Shown here one piece after another: positions 46,659-61,600 of a stretch of DNA of 64,000 bases. The first letter of the stretch is position 1; each line of letters begins with the position of its first letter. Under the pieces are notes generated by a model. It did not search any database. It was given only the letters and a program-made list of their open reading frames with translations, and was not told where the DNA came from. The position numbers were made by a program, and so were the translations under genes. Location: the NCBI RefSeq assembly GCF_964355755.1, contig NC_092671.1, positions 34,792,304-34,856,303 on the forward strand, read 5' to 3'. This DNA is from Antedon mediterranea. Its lineage: Eukaryota; Animalia; Echinodermata.

Positions 46659-49600
46659 GTAAGTACACTACAAATATTTATTATAAAAATAAACGAGTTG
46701 TAGTGGAGCTGTAGCTTGAAGTAACATGCTTGCCTTCCAATCCCAAGGTTCAGGGTTCAATCCTTACCAAGTGCCAGGGTTGTAACTCCACTCTCTAAGC
46801 CTCAAATGAGATTTAGTTTATAAGCACAATAAAGTATAAAATAGTTTATCCATCCTGTAATTAGTGAGTTTGTGCTCGCTGCTGGATGCGTATAAAATAA
46901 AAATAAGTAATCAAAACAAAAGTACTGAAGTAAGGTCATTTTGAATAATTTATTGTAGAGTGCAGCACCATTATCTAAAAATAATATACAAAAAATGAAT
47001 GTTTATGAGTTAGATGGTGAGAATATTTCATGAGTTAAACAATTGACAGTTATAGCAATATAACAAAGTGTGTTATATAGTATAACTACATCTGAACAAT
47101 TCCAATTTATTATAATTGATTTGTACCTTATAACGTTATTATTTTGTGTGTCTGTTCCTCCAACTTTGTTGTGTGTATTCCTCCAACTTTGTTGTGTGTA
47201 TTCTTCCAACTTTATTGTGTGTATTCCTCCAACTTTGTTGTGTGTATTCCTCCAACTTTGTTGTGTGTATTCCTCCAACTTTGTTGTGTGTATTCCTCCA
47301 ACTTTGTTGTGTGTATTCCTCCAACTTTGTTGTGTGTATTCCTCCAACTTTGTTGCGTGTATTCCTCCAACTTTGTTGCGTGTATTCCTCCAACTTTGTT
47401 GCGTGTATTCCTCCAACTTTGTTGTGTATATTCCTCCAACTTTATTGTGTGTATTCCTCCAACTTTATTGTGTGTATTCCTCCAACTTTGTTGTGTATAT
47501 TCCTCCAACTTTGTTGTGTGTATTCCTCCAACTTTGTTGTGTGTATTCCTCCAACTTTGTTGTGTGTATTCCTCCAACTTTGTTGCGTGTATTCCTCCAA
47601 CTTTATTGTGTGTATTCCTCCAACTTTGTTGTGTGTATTCCTCCAACTTTGTTGTGTGTATTCCTCCAACTTTGTTGCGTGTATTCCTCCAACTTTGTTG
47701 CGTGTATTCCTCCAACTTTGTTGCGTGTATTCCTCCAACTTTGTTGCGTGTATTCCTCCAACTTTGTTGTGTGTATTCCTCCAACTTTGTTGTGTGTATT
47801 CCTCCAACTTTGTTGTGTGTATTCCTCCAACTTTATTGTGTGTATTCCTCCAACTTTGTTGCGTGTATTCCTCCAACTTTGTTGTGTGTATTCCTCCAAC
47901 TTTGTTGTGTGTATTCCTCCAACTTTGTTGTGTGTTTTGAGGATTTTACCTAATGTATGTCGTAAAAGTGAATTTTATATTTTTGAGTTTACAGCACTAC
48001 TAAGATTATTGTTATTCTGTTATTATTATGTTTTAAGTGATTTCTGCAAATATGTTAAATCAATTATGTTTTTTCTAACTGAGTTCAGTCTTTCTAAATA
48101 AGTCTATGTTGGGGTTGAAACTAGCTACAGTATAGCAATCTGCGAAAGCTTGGTGTAGCAGAAGTTTTAAAGGCAGGCTAGTCATCAAGAGGCCATGATT
48201 TTTATTCGCATCAGAAAATTACTGAAGTGCTCTTAATGTTCTGAACGTTGAGCAGAATTAAGTCAGAGTTGACCAAAATATCTGACTTATTGTTGAGTAT
48301 AAACAACTAATTTCTTCATAATAACCTGAGTTTTTGTTAAAAATTCAGATACAAAAGAATTTTTGCTGTTGGTACCAAGGGAGTGACCACATATAACCCT
48401 GGAACTTTAGAAAATACAAACCATGTAAGTACTCTAACTACTGCAATTGTGTTTTGTTGTAAAACCCTAATATACGATAGCATATTCTTATTCTTTATTG
48501 CAAATAACATAAAAAAAACAACAAACAACCACAAAGTAAGTGGCAGGAAACACCAAAGGGAACTAAACCCCTGTGGCTAAGAGCCAGTGTTACCCTTACC
48601 CAGTGTTAACCTGCAGAGGGATGCTTCAGGTGGGCGGAGGGGAAGGGCTGTAGTAAAATTAAGCTTAAAGTAATGCTTAGGCTTAACTTTGTCCTTGCCA
48701 TTACAATACCCAACATCCCCAAACATCACAATGACATTAAGTTATTATTTATTCAGGCAAAAGATCAATTTTACAAAATATAATACAAGTTAACAAATAC
48801 GACGCAAGGAGAAAATACATCATTCTTGTGTTTTAAACTATTCAAACAAATACATTTTTTTTAGTGGATGTATGAAGAATTTGTGAGTATTGGCCCGAAT
48901 GTAAAAGCTCAAACTACCAATGAGTTCAGCATTGTTTTCCGACGTGGCAAGAAGAATGAATCAATGCGCTTTTCAACGGAACACCGAGCTGATCTCGTTA
49001 CAGAAGCCATGGTACATATATACCGTATATGCTCAGGTTTAATCCCACCCCCTACTTTATGTCTGATTTCACAGGCATATCCATGGGTATAGTCCAAGTA
49101 TGTATGGATGTAGGCCTCTCTTTAGCCAAATCAAATGACTTTTTACAAGAAATGCTTACCATTTTTTCATGAACCAGGGTTGCCCGGGTATAGTCCCACC
49201 CCCCAAAGTTGGCCTAATTTGATTTCTAGATGGGTGAAATTTTACCAGAGGATATACGGTACTTTATTTTTATAAGTTAATTTTTTAGTCCAGGAACTAA
49301 GCAAATGTTTGACCTACTAAAATTGACGTAATACGAGAACACGTTTTGACAATTTGCCAATGCTATTTATTATTGATGTTTTACTTCATGGTTCGTATTC
49401 CATATTTTTGTAAATCTCAAGCAATTTAGTTTTTAAAATTTTAAAATTTCTTTTCTTGTTTTATATCTCGTTTTCTTAATTACGCTCTCTGAACTTTTAT
49501 TTACTTTCAGAGATTCAAGGAACAATTTTGTGGATACAAGTCCAAGTCAAAAGTTAGTTACTAACTGTTGTTTTAAGCATTGTTTTTTTTAATTTAATAA

Positions 49601-52600
49601 AATATCTCAGTAAATTATTAATTTAAGATTATGAATATTTATTATGTTTAAATTATGTTTATATTATGAACATTGTACATGGTGATAAATAAAAATAACA
49701 ATTTCACCAAAAGCTTTCTTTCTCCAATTTAAAAAAAAAAATTACCAATGCATACTGTAGATCAGTGATGAAACAAATACTAACTCAAGCTTGTCATTGC
49801 TTTACTAACACAATACCAGTATGTATCAATATAAAATGTTTAAATTTTAGCCAAATGAGGCAGCCGTTATTGCATTACAATTTTAACTATTATTTCATGC
49901 ATAATACTTTTAATTTATTAACTTTGTTTCCTTTTTAATTGTCTTTTTACAGCGTTTTAATTGTTACAAACATCACTGGAGTGAAAACCGTGTGCCTGTT
50001 ATACTTGACATCAACGATTGCGGAATCGATCAAGTGAATGCTGCAACTAATAAAATTCTTACTACCTACTACTATAAAGATATTGAAGGCTTTACCCAAG
50101 TTAGTATCGACTCTTTACTTTTAATAGCTCGCTAAACTGTCACTGTAAAATAATTGCCAGTAGAAAATGTATTTGCCTTCCATTCCTAAAGCTCTTTCTA
50201 TCAAACTTTATGTGACAAAAAAATGAGATATATATAGACATGATGATGTCATATAACTACCATATTTTGGCATACCACTACCATATTTAGGCACAGCACA
50301 TTTTTTTTGTCAAACTAGTTTGATAGTGCAGACAGAGCTTAAGGTTAATTTCCAAAAACAAATCCTAACCTAGTTCCATGATTGTAGATTCTGACCTAGT
50401 GCCAGATGGGTAAAACTATTTATTAGACCCTCTACGCAAACAGCAATGCAGCGCCTACAATAATCGGCAAACTGAATAGTGTGCGAGGTTCAAATTCCAC
50501 TGTATGTACATAGGACCAACTTGTATAACTGTTTAATTTCTTTCTTATTCTTTAGGTTAGTGGTTATCCTGGTGGATTTGCTATTATCTACGGTGGTTTT
50601 AGTCGACTGGTAAGTTTCTTTGAAAATTTCCATTCTATTATAACAAGAACGTTTAAAGATGTACAGATGTCCCGAAAAAACATGAAAAATGAAGATTATT
50701 AAAATCAGACTTTTAATAAACCATTTTGCAGCTTTAATACAGTTATTAACTTCTATAGAAAAAAAACCCCAACAAATAAATGAATAATTTTAACCAAAAA
50801 CTCATTGTCTGACAGACAATTTATGTATTATTTGTTCTTTAAATTACATTTTTTTCTGGTAAATATTTTGTTTCCATTCAATTTTGGTCAAATTTTTATT
50901 TATTATTTTTCAGGGGGACAATATATCTTAAATGTATCTAGCTAGCATTTTTTTAACACATTTTCTTTACAGCATTTATTTGCATCAGACCAGAGGGATG
51001 ACTTACTAAAGTATGCCATTGAATGCGCAGGTTGTTATATTGGCATCACGCTCCGCACACGGAAAGACCCAATCACCTTCGACCAGTTTGTGTTAAATAG
51101 ATTTGGAAAATACAGGTAAAAGGACTATTTTAAATAAACAAATAGATGTGAGAAAAGGAATAGAAAATGTAATGATAAAATTAATATGACAAAGATATAA
51201 TACCTGAAAAGGTTAGTCTATTACGTGTCTAGCTTACCTGGATAAACTGACATAGGCCTTATCCCCTTTAAAGGGAGAACATAACCCGAAAAGTAAAACA
51301 TTTTTCTGAACTCCCCTCCAAGACAGTGGTATCGCTGATAAATCTTCGCTGGGATGCTAGAAACCATTTTCATAAAGTTTAATAGCATTTGCTTAACTTT
51401 TGTTTTTATGAAGAACAAATTGAATTTTATGTAATAAATGTTTAATTTTGCTTTTCAGTGATGACAACAGTATGACATCATTAGCAGAATTCAATGTTCA
51501 AAAATATTCGCAGCGCCATGTAGACCCTGTGAGGCGTGTTCTATGTCTGACAGAAACGTGCTTAGTAGAGCGAGACCCTGCTACATACAACACAGTATCC
51601 GCTAAGCCTTTGTGTGATGTAAGGTTTTTATTCCTTATTATAATAATTTTCTTCATTTAAAGTTTGAAATTAAGAAATGTTTTGAGTAGAATTTGTTCTT
51701 TTCTATCATTCATATATTCTTTCTGTATTCTTTCTCTCTGCTGTTGGATTTGACTTGAAATAAAAAAAAAAATTGTTAATAAAGTATCCTATAAAAATGA
51801 GCTATACTGTGGCATAGTGTTTTAGCATTTTCTTATCAGCCTGGCGTCCTGGGTTCAAGTCCTGACTCATACTCAGTACTAGGATATTTCTTATGTGCGA
51901 TTGATAATTTGACACGCTGATGGATTTTTCATATCAAGAATGAGTGAACAAACATATTTCAGTCTGAAAGTTTATTTATATTATTTTTTCATTTTTTTAT
52001 GTTTAGGTATTTGCATTAGTACGAAGTCAGGAAAGCCCTCAAATATTCTTCATAGAGTTTGTCAAAGGTTATCAGAGGAAATTCTCATCAACAGACAGGT
52101 ATTATTACATAGATTTTGTTTTTATGACTTGCACTGCTATTTTGATTTAGGTCTAAGTTATCCCTAGGCAAGAGAATTTATTATGTCTTGGCTATGCCTA
52201 GACTAGACTAGAGGTTCTCTTTATGTGTTGGATATGCCTTTCTGATGCCTAGCCTTAAGACTTTCTGCTGTAAAGAATTATGTCTTTTCTAGGTTTAAAT
52301 CGTGAGTACCATGTGGTCTCTCCCTATTTTTTAATAGGTTTTCTTTATCTTGATCCTTATTATTAACTCCTGTCCACAAAGGTAATCTTATTATTTTTAT
52401 ATATTTCTCATGTAACAGGGACAACTTAATAGCTAGTGTGCTAGATGGTGTGAGAGCAAGTGGCAATCGGGATGCTCATGTCAAGATGACGTTCTCAAAT
52501 CGGGGTCTTCGTCACGCGCCATACTACGTACCAGTAGACGAGGAAGTGGAAGCCCATCATTTGAAGTTTCTCGCATCACCACCAAGTTCGTTTAATACAA

Positions 52601-55600
52601 CTCTTTTTTTACCCTCCAATTAAAGACTCTTTGCCCACTGTTTTGGTATCTTTAGAATTGTTTTAACTTAGATGACCACTGTTGTAGCTAATTATGGACT
52701 TCAAAGGAGCAATATTTAAAGTGGAGTCATCATTAATTTTAGTGGTTTTGATTGGAGTTGTCTCATTGGAGTTGTCTCTCATTGGAGTGAGTCTCTCATT
52801 GGAGTGAGTCTTTCAAAAGACTGGTCTCTAAAATAAATACAATAACATTTTTTTACACATTTTTTAAAACCCCAATTTGCAATAAATTTACTTAGATATA
52901 CAGGCTTTTCAAGCCATACTCCTCTGATACATTTTTATTTTTAAAACTTATTTTTTTATATGTATTTTGTTGATTTTAGGTATCAGCTTTGCAGATGCTG
53001 TTGTTCGTTTCAACAGCAATGTATCATATAGTGGTCTACTCCATGCTGTCACGCAAGATGTAAGAAATTTCACTTTTCTTTATTTATTTATTTATTTGAC
53101 AATAAGCAAAGTGGTCTAAGGGTTTGCTTTGACAAAAAGCTGTGTCCGCAACCTCTGTAACATAAAACAGTAGTAGTAAAATCTTACAAAATAATGTTAA
53201 TGCTACACAGTGTTTCTAATCAACACTGAATTTTAACTATGTTTGGATATTTTTTGATTCAGAAATTATAACTGTTTCTGAAAAATGACTTTCTAATATT
53301 TAAGATTTTAATACTAGATTGATGCACAATAAAGTCGATCTGTATTTTTGGGAAGTTTCGAGTTAGATTTGTTATCTGTATTATTTATATTCTAACCATA
53401 CCACCAAATGTATTCAGTGAACTTTGTTAACCTGAAGCCTCTTTGATTTATTGATTAAGGCACTCGCCATGTTATTGAGAGGTCACAGATAATAAACATA
53501 GCACTTTTTTTGCCAATAGGGGTTTTTCACAGACAACAAGGAGAAGATGATTAATGTTGCATTGCTAGCATTGTTGGCAAAGGAAGGTAACAAATAATCT
53601 TGTTTATGTTCTGTATTGTTAAAAGAATAGCGTTCTTTTCCAAGCTGGTATCACAGTGCTTAGAAGGTGAATTTTGAAAACAGATTTAAACTGTCTCAAA
53701 AGGTGTTCGCTTATGTTACAAAACTTTCTACCAAAAGCCAAACCTTTTAGCGTGCTAAACACAAATATTTTCTTCATTCTAAATGCTAAGACCTCTTAAT
53801 TATATTAATATTTAACTGTGTTTTATAAAAACAGTATTTTGTATAGAAATTGCATTCAAATGTTTCTGAAATGGAAGTCTTTTATACAAGTGGTGTCCTC
53901 ACAGGGAAGTTCAACTTGATTTTTATATTATATATATATTGATTTGTTTATAGGTGATCAGAATACTATATCTGCTGTTGAGTTAGAGAGCCAATTTCAA
54001 GCTTTACGTCGGCTAGTAGCCTCTAAGGCTGGATTTGGTGCATTTACACAAATTCCAAAGTGAGTCTAAATCAAGTATTGATAGTTTTATTTATCATTCA
54101 TATTTTAGATATAGTAAAGTTTTTTGAAATACATATAAATTCTTTTCAGATTTCGTGAAAAAGTAGGCATTAAAGTTGTAAAAGCGTTAAAACGGCAGGA
54201 TGATGGCGTGACGCATGCAGCTATTGATATGTTATCAGCCCTTATGCAGGTACGTGCATGTATTGTATTTTTTGTGATGGTTGTCACTGTGCGGCTAATG
54301 CCACAGTACTGATTAGTGGAGTCTGTTAGGGCTGAAATAAGGGTGTTTGGTTCAGTTTCTTTCAAAACCACCAAATTTGGTATACAGGTTGCCCACCATC
54401 TACGAATTCAATTTTTGATGGTCGCCAAGAAAAATGATTCCTTGGGATCTCCCTAATTTGCATAATTTAAAATGGCGGACATTTTTGCTTAAACAGTCTA
54501 TATCTCTGAAACAACTGGTCATAGAGAGTTGATTTTTAGCTCCAAATGTTCAGAACATAAACATTCCTATTTACTATGTAGATAGAAAATACTAATTTAC
54601 ATTCTCAACTTTATTTCTTTTTTTGGAATTCATCGTGTACAGCAAACCTCTACGTTATAATAATCGTATAAAATCATAAAACCTCTACCCTTTGTAGTGT
54701 ACAACGTTATATTTCTTTATGTATATTTACAGCCTATGCATGATGATTATGATCTTCGCCAAGAGCAGTTAAACAAAACTTCACTTCTTTCATCTAAAAA
54801 GTTTCTAGAAAGCCTGCTAGACCTGTTCAGTACTCATGTGGTATGTACCAAACAAAGTATAACATTTTTTTTTAAAGATTTATTGTCCCCCTGACAAAAT
54901 GATTGCTGAATATTTTTTCGTGAATAATTTATTAAAACTATAAAATTGTTTTCATCTTTGTTTTTCATGTTTTGATGACTATACACTATTGTACAAACTG
55001 TCATTAACAATGCTATTAGACTGTATAGTTATGTAATGGTATTTTAGCTTGGAAAATAACATGCTTGATTTCTTACCAATCTCATAAGGTCATGGGTTCA
55101 ATCCTGACCTAGTACTATCTATCCAACAAGGATGTCTGCTTTAATTTTATTCTATCATGATTTTTTTTGCAATTAAATGTTGCCTATTTGTGTATTATAA
55201 ATATGATAAAAAATGATATGGTTTTGAATTATTGTTACAAACATATGTGTTATATTATTTGTAAACAGGTTCGTGGCACTGGAGCCTTGGTTATCACGTC
55301 ATTGCTCGACTTTTTAACCTTTGCTCTTTGTGCGCCATACAGCGAGACAACAGACGGGAACCTTTTTGATTCTCTGTTGGAACAAGTGGCAGGAAAGGGC
55401 AGAGTTCTTTACAAGCTGTTTCAGGTTTGTATAGCATTCTACACCCAAATTTGTGACCAAAAAATGTGATTTGCCCACATATGTCATATCACTGCTATAT
55501 TTGTGCATATCACTACCATATTTAGGCACATCACACTTTTTTTGTCAAATTAGTTTGATAGTGTGAGCTCATTGTACTCGGCCTTGGCATTATGTGGTAG

Positions 55601-58600
55601 GGTGGCCAATTCCTTTCCTTTTTCTCCCTAGTATTTTCAACCAGGTACCAGGAGTTGTCAGGAAATTGAACCCGGGTCTCTCTGACAGTCAAGTGTCCTA
55701 ACCACTCGGCTACCCAACTCCTTAATTTACTTGAAATGTGTAATTATGATATTATTTAACATTTCTATTACAGCATCCCTCTATGACAGTTGTGAAAGGA
55801 GCTGGGCTGGTAATGAAAGCCATCATCGAGGTAAGTTTCTTCATTTCAATAGAATAAATCTAAACTTAAAACTAATATTTTGGCTTGATTCAACTTGGGT
55901 CTAAACTAAACTTTTTGTAATGAAGTTAATTGCGTAATATAGGCCTTTTGAAGGGGAAATTATTAAAAAATTAATTGATTACGTAACAATTATCTTAATT
56001 ATTAGGAGGGAGATGCTGAGATTGCTGCCAAGATGCAAGACCTTGCGTTAGCAGAGGGCGCACTTCCAAGACACCTTCATACGTCTATGTTCACAACGAG
56101 TTCAGATGGAAGAATGTTAACAAATAGGCAAGTACTGGTGCTGTGATTGTAAATTCTGTTATATGTTGTATTACAGAACTATTTTTATTTCTTCAAATTT
56201 TAATTCACAATCAACAGCACATTTACAGACTGGAATACATAAAACACAACACACACATCGACCACAAGAACCAAATATCATTATTTTGACTATATTTTTT
56301 ATTAAAAATTGTTTAATTTGTTGTTATACTTTAGGCAATTAAGCCGGCATTTGGTTGCCCTCTGGGTTACAGGACATCCAACAGCGATGGCGCTTCTTAA
56401 ACGAATTCTAGTAAGTCGATTCTTTGTTATCATAACCACAAAAATAGACGAAAGAGAAACTAGGCCAAGGCCTAAACCATTCTTTCAAACGGCAGGCTCT
56501 AATTTTAGATGTAGAGTAAATTATAACAATTATAGGCGGCACACACTAAAGCTCTCTCTACACTATCAAACTTTATGTGACAACAAATGTGATGTGCTCA
56601 TATATGCACATGATGATGTCACATGACTATCACATTTGGTCATATCACTACCATATTTGGGCACATCATACTTTTTTTCACAGAGCTTAATGGTTGATTT
56701 TCGAACACAATTAGTCAACAGCCTAGCATTGTGTTATCAAACGCTCATTGTAACCAAAATAAACATGCATATAACGAATTGCACTTGCATATAACAAAAT
56801 TGCACTAGCTTATAACAAAATTGAACTTGCATATAACAAAATTGAACTTGCATATAACAAAATTGCACTCGCTTATAACAAAAATATACTGTGGATATAA
56901 TTGGTCATTGGAGCAGTTTATATGAATATCATGTGACCCACAATTCTCCAATCAAGCGACAAGGATCTACTCAGGCGTGTTATACTACAAATTAATTTAC
57001 TTTATTTGGGTTTTTTTCCAGCCTACTGGTCTTCTTAGTTACCTAGACTGCAACGACAAGGTTCCAGATAAAGAGCGTGACCTTATCAATGTTAGAGATA
57101 ATCTCAAAATGGCACAGGTATACGTATTACTCGGAACTACTATTTAAAATAAAAAAGGGGGAAACTATGTAGAGGAGATATTAAGAGAATTCAGAAGGTT
57201 AGGGTCTGATACCATAACTCTTTGGTCTGCAAAAGTAATCCCATTAGGCTTCTTTTCGAGAATATCAAAGGAACAAGGTGTTTTAATGCCACATACCTTG
57301 TGATGCAGATACAATATATGATCAAGTTTATATCGTACATTTCTTTTGCAGTTTAATTATTGTAAACTAGGTAATGTCTCAAAAATCCTATTGTAGTAGC
57401 AATTCACAAAATTTACATCATTCATTTCGAAAAGAAGCCCCTCTATTTAGTTTTCAAAAGTAATCTTGAAAAGAAGCCCATCTCTAAAAATGGCCCATCT
57501 TTAAAAGAAGCCCGCCCAAGAGTACTAAAAAAAGCCCATAAGCTTCATTTCAAGGTTTTACGGTATATAGAGTATTCCTAAGAAATTAATCTTTCAGTCA
57601 AATGTTAAAGTTGCAAAATGTTAATTTACAGGACCAGTCAAAGAAGCCAGGTGCTGCACGTCTACAGTGGCAGCAAGTAGAGAACATGTTGCTTCACTGG
57701 AAACAACGTGTAGGCCTAGAAAGAAAAAAGATGGACGTACGTATTACATAATTATTGTATAATTACATACTACGTAGTTTGGCTGTTTTGGCTTCATACA
57801 TTTTACACTCTTAAGCTCTGTCTAAACTATCAAACTTTATGTAACAAAAAAATGTGATGTGCCCATATATGGACATGATGATGTCATATTACTACCATAT
57901 TTTGGCATATTACCACCATATCAAACTAGCGTGATGGTGTAGACAGAGCTTTACTCTGAATATGAAAATGGCTTTACAATGACATTCGGTTTTTTTTAAC
58001 GTGAGCCAATACTATTTGAATATAAACATTATTTCGGTGTGAACTAGGAATATCTTGATTCGAAGCAATAAGCATTGCTATTCTGCCATAAATTAATATC
58101 AAACTTGAATGCGTTCTTCTTTATGTTTTATTTATGTTAATAAATTGTTAGGGGGTTTTGCACTTTTGCCATGGTTACATAAAAGCATTTATTTTTTTCC
58201 TCAAAATAATATCTGGGCTGTTGTGGTATTTTATATTTAATAACAGAGGTGCATTGTGAAATTATAATATTGCATTATGGGAATAATTTGCATTTCAAAT
58301 TTGTTATATTATACTGCATTGTGGTATTTATATTTATTTTAATATGTTTATATTATATAATTATATTTCGAAAACACCCCGAATGTTTTGCAATTTTTTA
58401 AATAATTTTTATCAGCTGTGATTAAACTCCAACAACATTAGCAACATTATTTAGACATCACCATAAACACTTTGGTGTCAATCAACGACTTATGAAAGTT
58501 GGAAAAGCTCTCGAAAAAATCTGTAGAAGCAGCAGTTGATATAAATTACTTTAAAAATATTTTTATTCTTTTATATACATGAAGAATATTAGCATTTTAC

Positions 58601-61600
58601 TTCATTTTTTACGTTCATTAATTTTTTACAAATTTTATATCATTGATGTTTATTATTTTCTTAAATCTATTACGTCCACATATTTGTTTCCAACATTTTG
58701 CTACATCAACTCAAAATCACAATTCATATGGAAACAATTTCAAACAATTAAACTTCAGAATTGAACAGTAGAATGCATGCCATATTTTATTTACATTGTT
58801 TGTCATTGTTTTTCTTTCATTATGCAAATTTACCAGGAAAAGGAAGTAAGTATCTGCATGCAAAGACATTGTTTATTATATGTTGGTATATTAACTTGCA
58901 CACACGCAATGTTGACCTGCTTTGCTGTCTATTTGTAATCAGTGGATTTGATGGTTACTGCACATGTACAGTCATACAATAAGTAGAAATAGTACAGTTA
59001 GTAACTTAATCTCTTGATTCAATTGAGACAGTGTAAATTTCTGCACATTTCGGAGAGTTGACCATTGGAGTAATATTTGGAGGCTTTGGATTTGCAACGA
59101 CCAATGACCTTGATGATGAGTTTGGTCATTAGTCATCACAAATAAAAAACTCCCTAAATTAAATGCAGCCAGTTCCCATCTTGCTTATTACAAGTGTAGA
59201 ACACATCTAGAGTCTTGATATAAAGTTTGCGATACACCACATATATCAGTTCTTAAAAGAACTGTTGAGTTTCTCTCGAGCGAGTCAAATGGCAGAGCGG
59301 TTTTAAGGCAGGGGCGCCGTTTACCGTACCTAAAGAGTCAACAACATCGGCAAGGGTTTGAAGACTGACTCGCTCCTAGTTCTGGTGGTGGAACAAGTCT
59401 TCTCGGATAAGAACTATAAACCGTACACAGTTATAACCTGTGTGCACTTTAAAGAACCCAGTTCATTATTCGAAAAGAGCAGGGGTTGCCCCGGTGAACT
59501 GGCTCTTAAAATAGCCCCTGTATCAGGGGGATTACCACCTATCTGATAGGACAGTGATTAATTTACTATTGGTAATGCTTGACCAAATTTAAATATGCTT
59601 TGATCGTCCTCAGGAGAATAGTGATCAAAACGTAGAGAAACTCAACAGTTCTTTTCAGAACTACTATATACGTGGTGTACCGCAAACTTTATATCAACAT
59701 TTGATTTCGCCATGCAAACCTTCAAACAATACATTTAGAGTGTAAACACACTTTTTAAAATCGTGCTATTCTAGTATTATTTTTGTCATCTTTGTTCAGT
59801 GTATTGTTTTTTACATTTGTGATTTAAATACTCAACATGAAGCAAAATGTACTAAATGCATACATAAGAATATTCCTGTGAAGTAATTTAGAATAGGACA
59901 AAATTATAGTCAAAACCATGATATATACAAATTATATTGTGTTTCAAATAGGGTGCAGACGTAATTTGAAAATCTGCTTGACCACCTAAATTTGATTTTG
60001 GGTCATTTCAGGCCTTGTGGAACATTTAACAAATATCAAGTTTTAAACTTATTCAGCAAAAGTCATACACTTTGAATGAACCTTGAATGTCAACCTTTAA
60101 TTTCCGCTACTTTACCTCTAGTTCAGAATTTCCCTTTTCTGGTTTTTTACTAAGTTAAAGATATAAAACAGCAGTGTATATCTTTTTATAAATAACTTTG
60201 TTATGGATTAAATGTTTTAACATATGGTATGCTACTAATATTAATCCATTCTCACTGCTAGGCTTATAATATATACCATGAGCTGTAGAGGCAGTCACAT
60301 TGAATTTATAGTTACCTTGATCTTTAACATCCACTGCTAGGCTAATCATTTCTACTTCTGATGTACTCACTTGTAGATTGATACATCACCACCTCTCTGA
60401 TCCACCTGCTGTAAAGCTAATACATACACAACAAGCTGAAGCACCCTACTGCTAGGCTAAATTTTTTATTACATGTTTTTATATATTTTTAGAAACCTAT
60501 AGTACTAAGAAAGAGAAGGCAAAGAATCAAAAGTGAGGCAAATTGGCTGTACTTCTACTACATGTAAGTTCCTAGGACCCCGTTGGAAATAAGTTGGGTT
60601 TTTTTTTCGACTTTATGTGCTATCCTAGGTTTCTTGTGTCCTGTGCAATTACATGTTTCTATTTGTATTTTTAATCTTTGTCTTGTAATTTTATGTTGAA
60701 ACCTGAATAAAATCAAATAATATAAATAATTGAATGAAACAACAATAAACAAAAACGGGAAAGAAGTACACAAATATTATATTTAAATATTAACATACAT
60801 AAACAATGATGTACAAATAATAAATATTTATGAGTGGAATGGAGAGAATATTTTCATGAGTTGAAAAATGGACTGGTCTATTCAACTAGACATGAAGATG
60901 GATCCAAATAATACACACGGCATATGATCAACCTATCAAATGGCAAGGATACACTTAGTGTGTTTACACTTATAATAATATGAGGATTCTGTATGTTTAT
61001 TTTTTCAGGTTTAACAAAGATCATGCAAAACCAAATCTTATATGGAATTTTAAAGTAAGTTGAATGTGTTGATGGAAGAAAAAAGAAAACAAAAATCAAG
61101 TAACTGAAAAGATGTGTAAAATATACTGTATAATTTAGCTAATAAAGTTAAAACTTCTTCCCCTTTTCGCTCATCCATATTAAGGGAATACCCTAGGGGA
61201 CACTTTCCTGTGAAAATAACATGGCCCAATATATGTGTTAACACTACAGCTGACCACATTTAAGGGGACACTTGTTGGGTCACTGAATGTGTCCCCTTAT
61301 GATCAGTTCTATTGAATTAGAATCTGCTCAAAAGAATGTAAATAAAAAAAGAAGTTACTATTTCTTCATTTTAATTAATTTATTTGACAAACAATAGAAA
61401 TACATGTAAAAGTAAATAAGTAAACATTGTTATTACAATATATTTATACTTTCTCATCAATTAGACACGTGAAGAATTACGTGAGGCGTTAGAAAATGAA
61501 ATAAGGGCTTTCAATGTGGATCGTGAACTTGGTGCCAGTCACGTCATATCATGGAATCATGTCGAGTTTGAAGTACGCTATGAATGCTTGGCGGAAGAAA

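Noticed and set aside
46700-46775. Functional tRNA-Gly gene (also tRNA-like heads near 17050-17120, 51810-51865, 55650-55717 and 62385-62445)
   Set aside because: Acceptor and D stems do not pair properly, and the 46700 and 17050 copies share a non-tRNA tail; better explained as SINE heads.
47150-47935. CRISPR-like array
   Set aside because: Head-to-tail repeats without unique spacers, no cas genes, and a eukaryotic intron context.
47003-48101. Eight overlapping ORFs up to 343 aa ([23 protein letters not shown] / [12 protein letters not shown] repeats)
   Set aside because: They are translations of a 23-bp minisatellite inside a DNAJC13 intron, with no domain or splice support.
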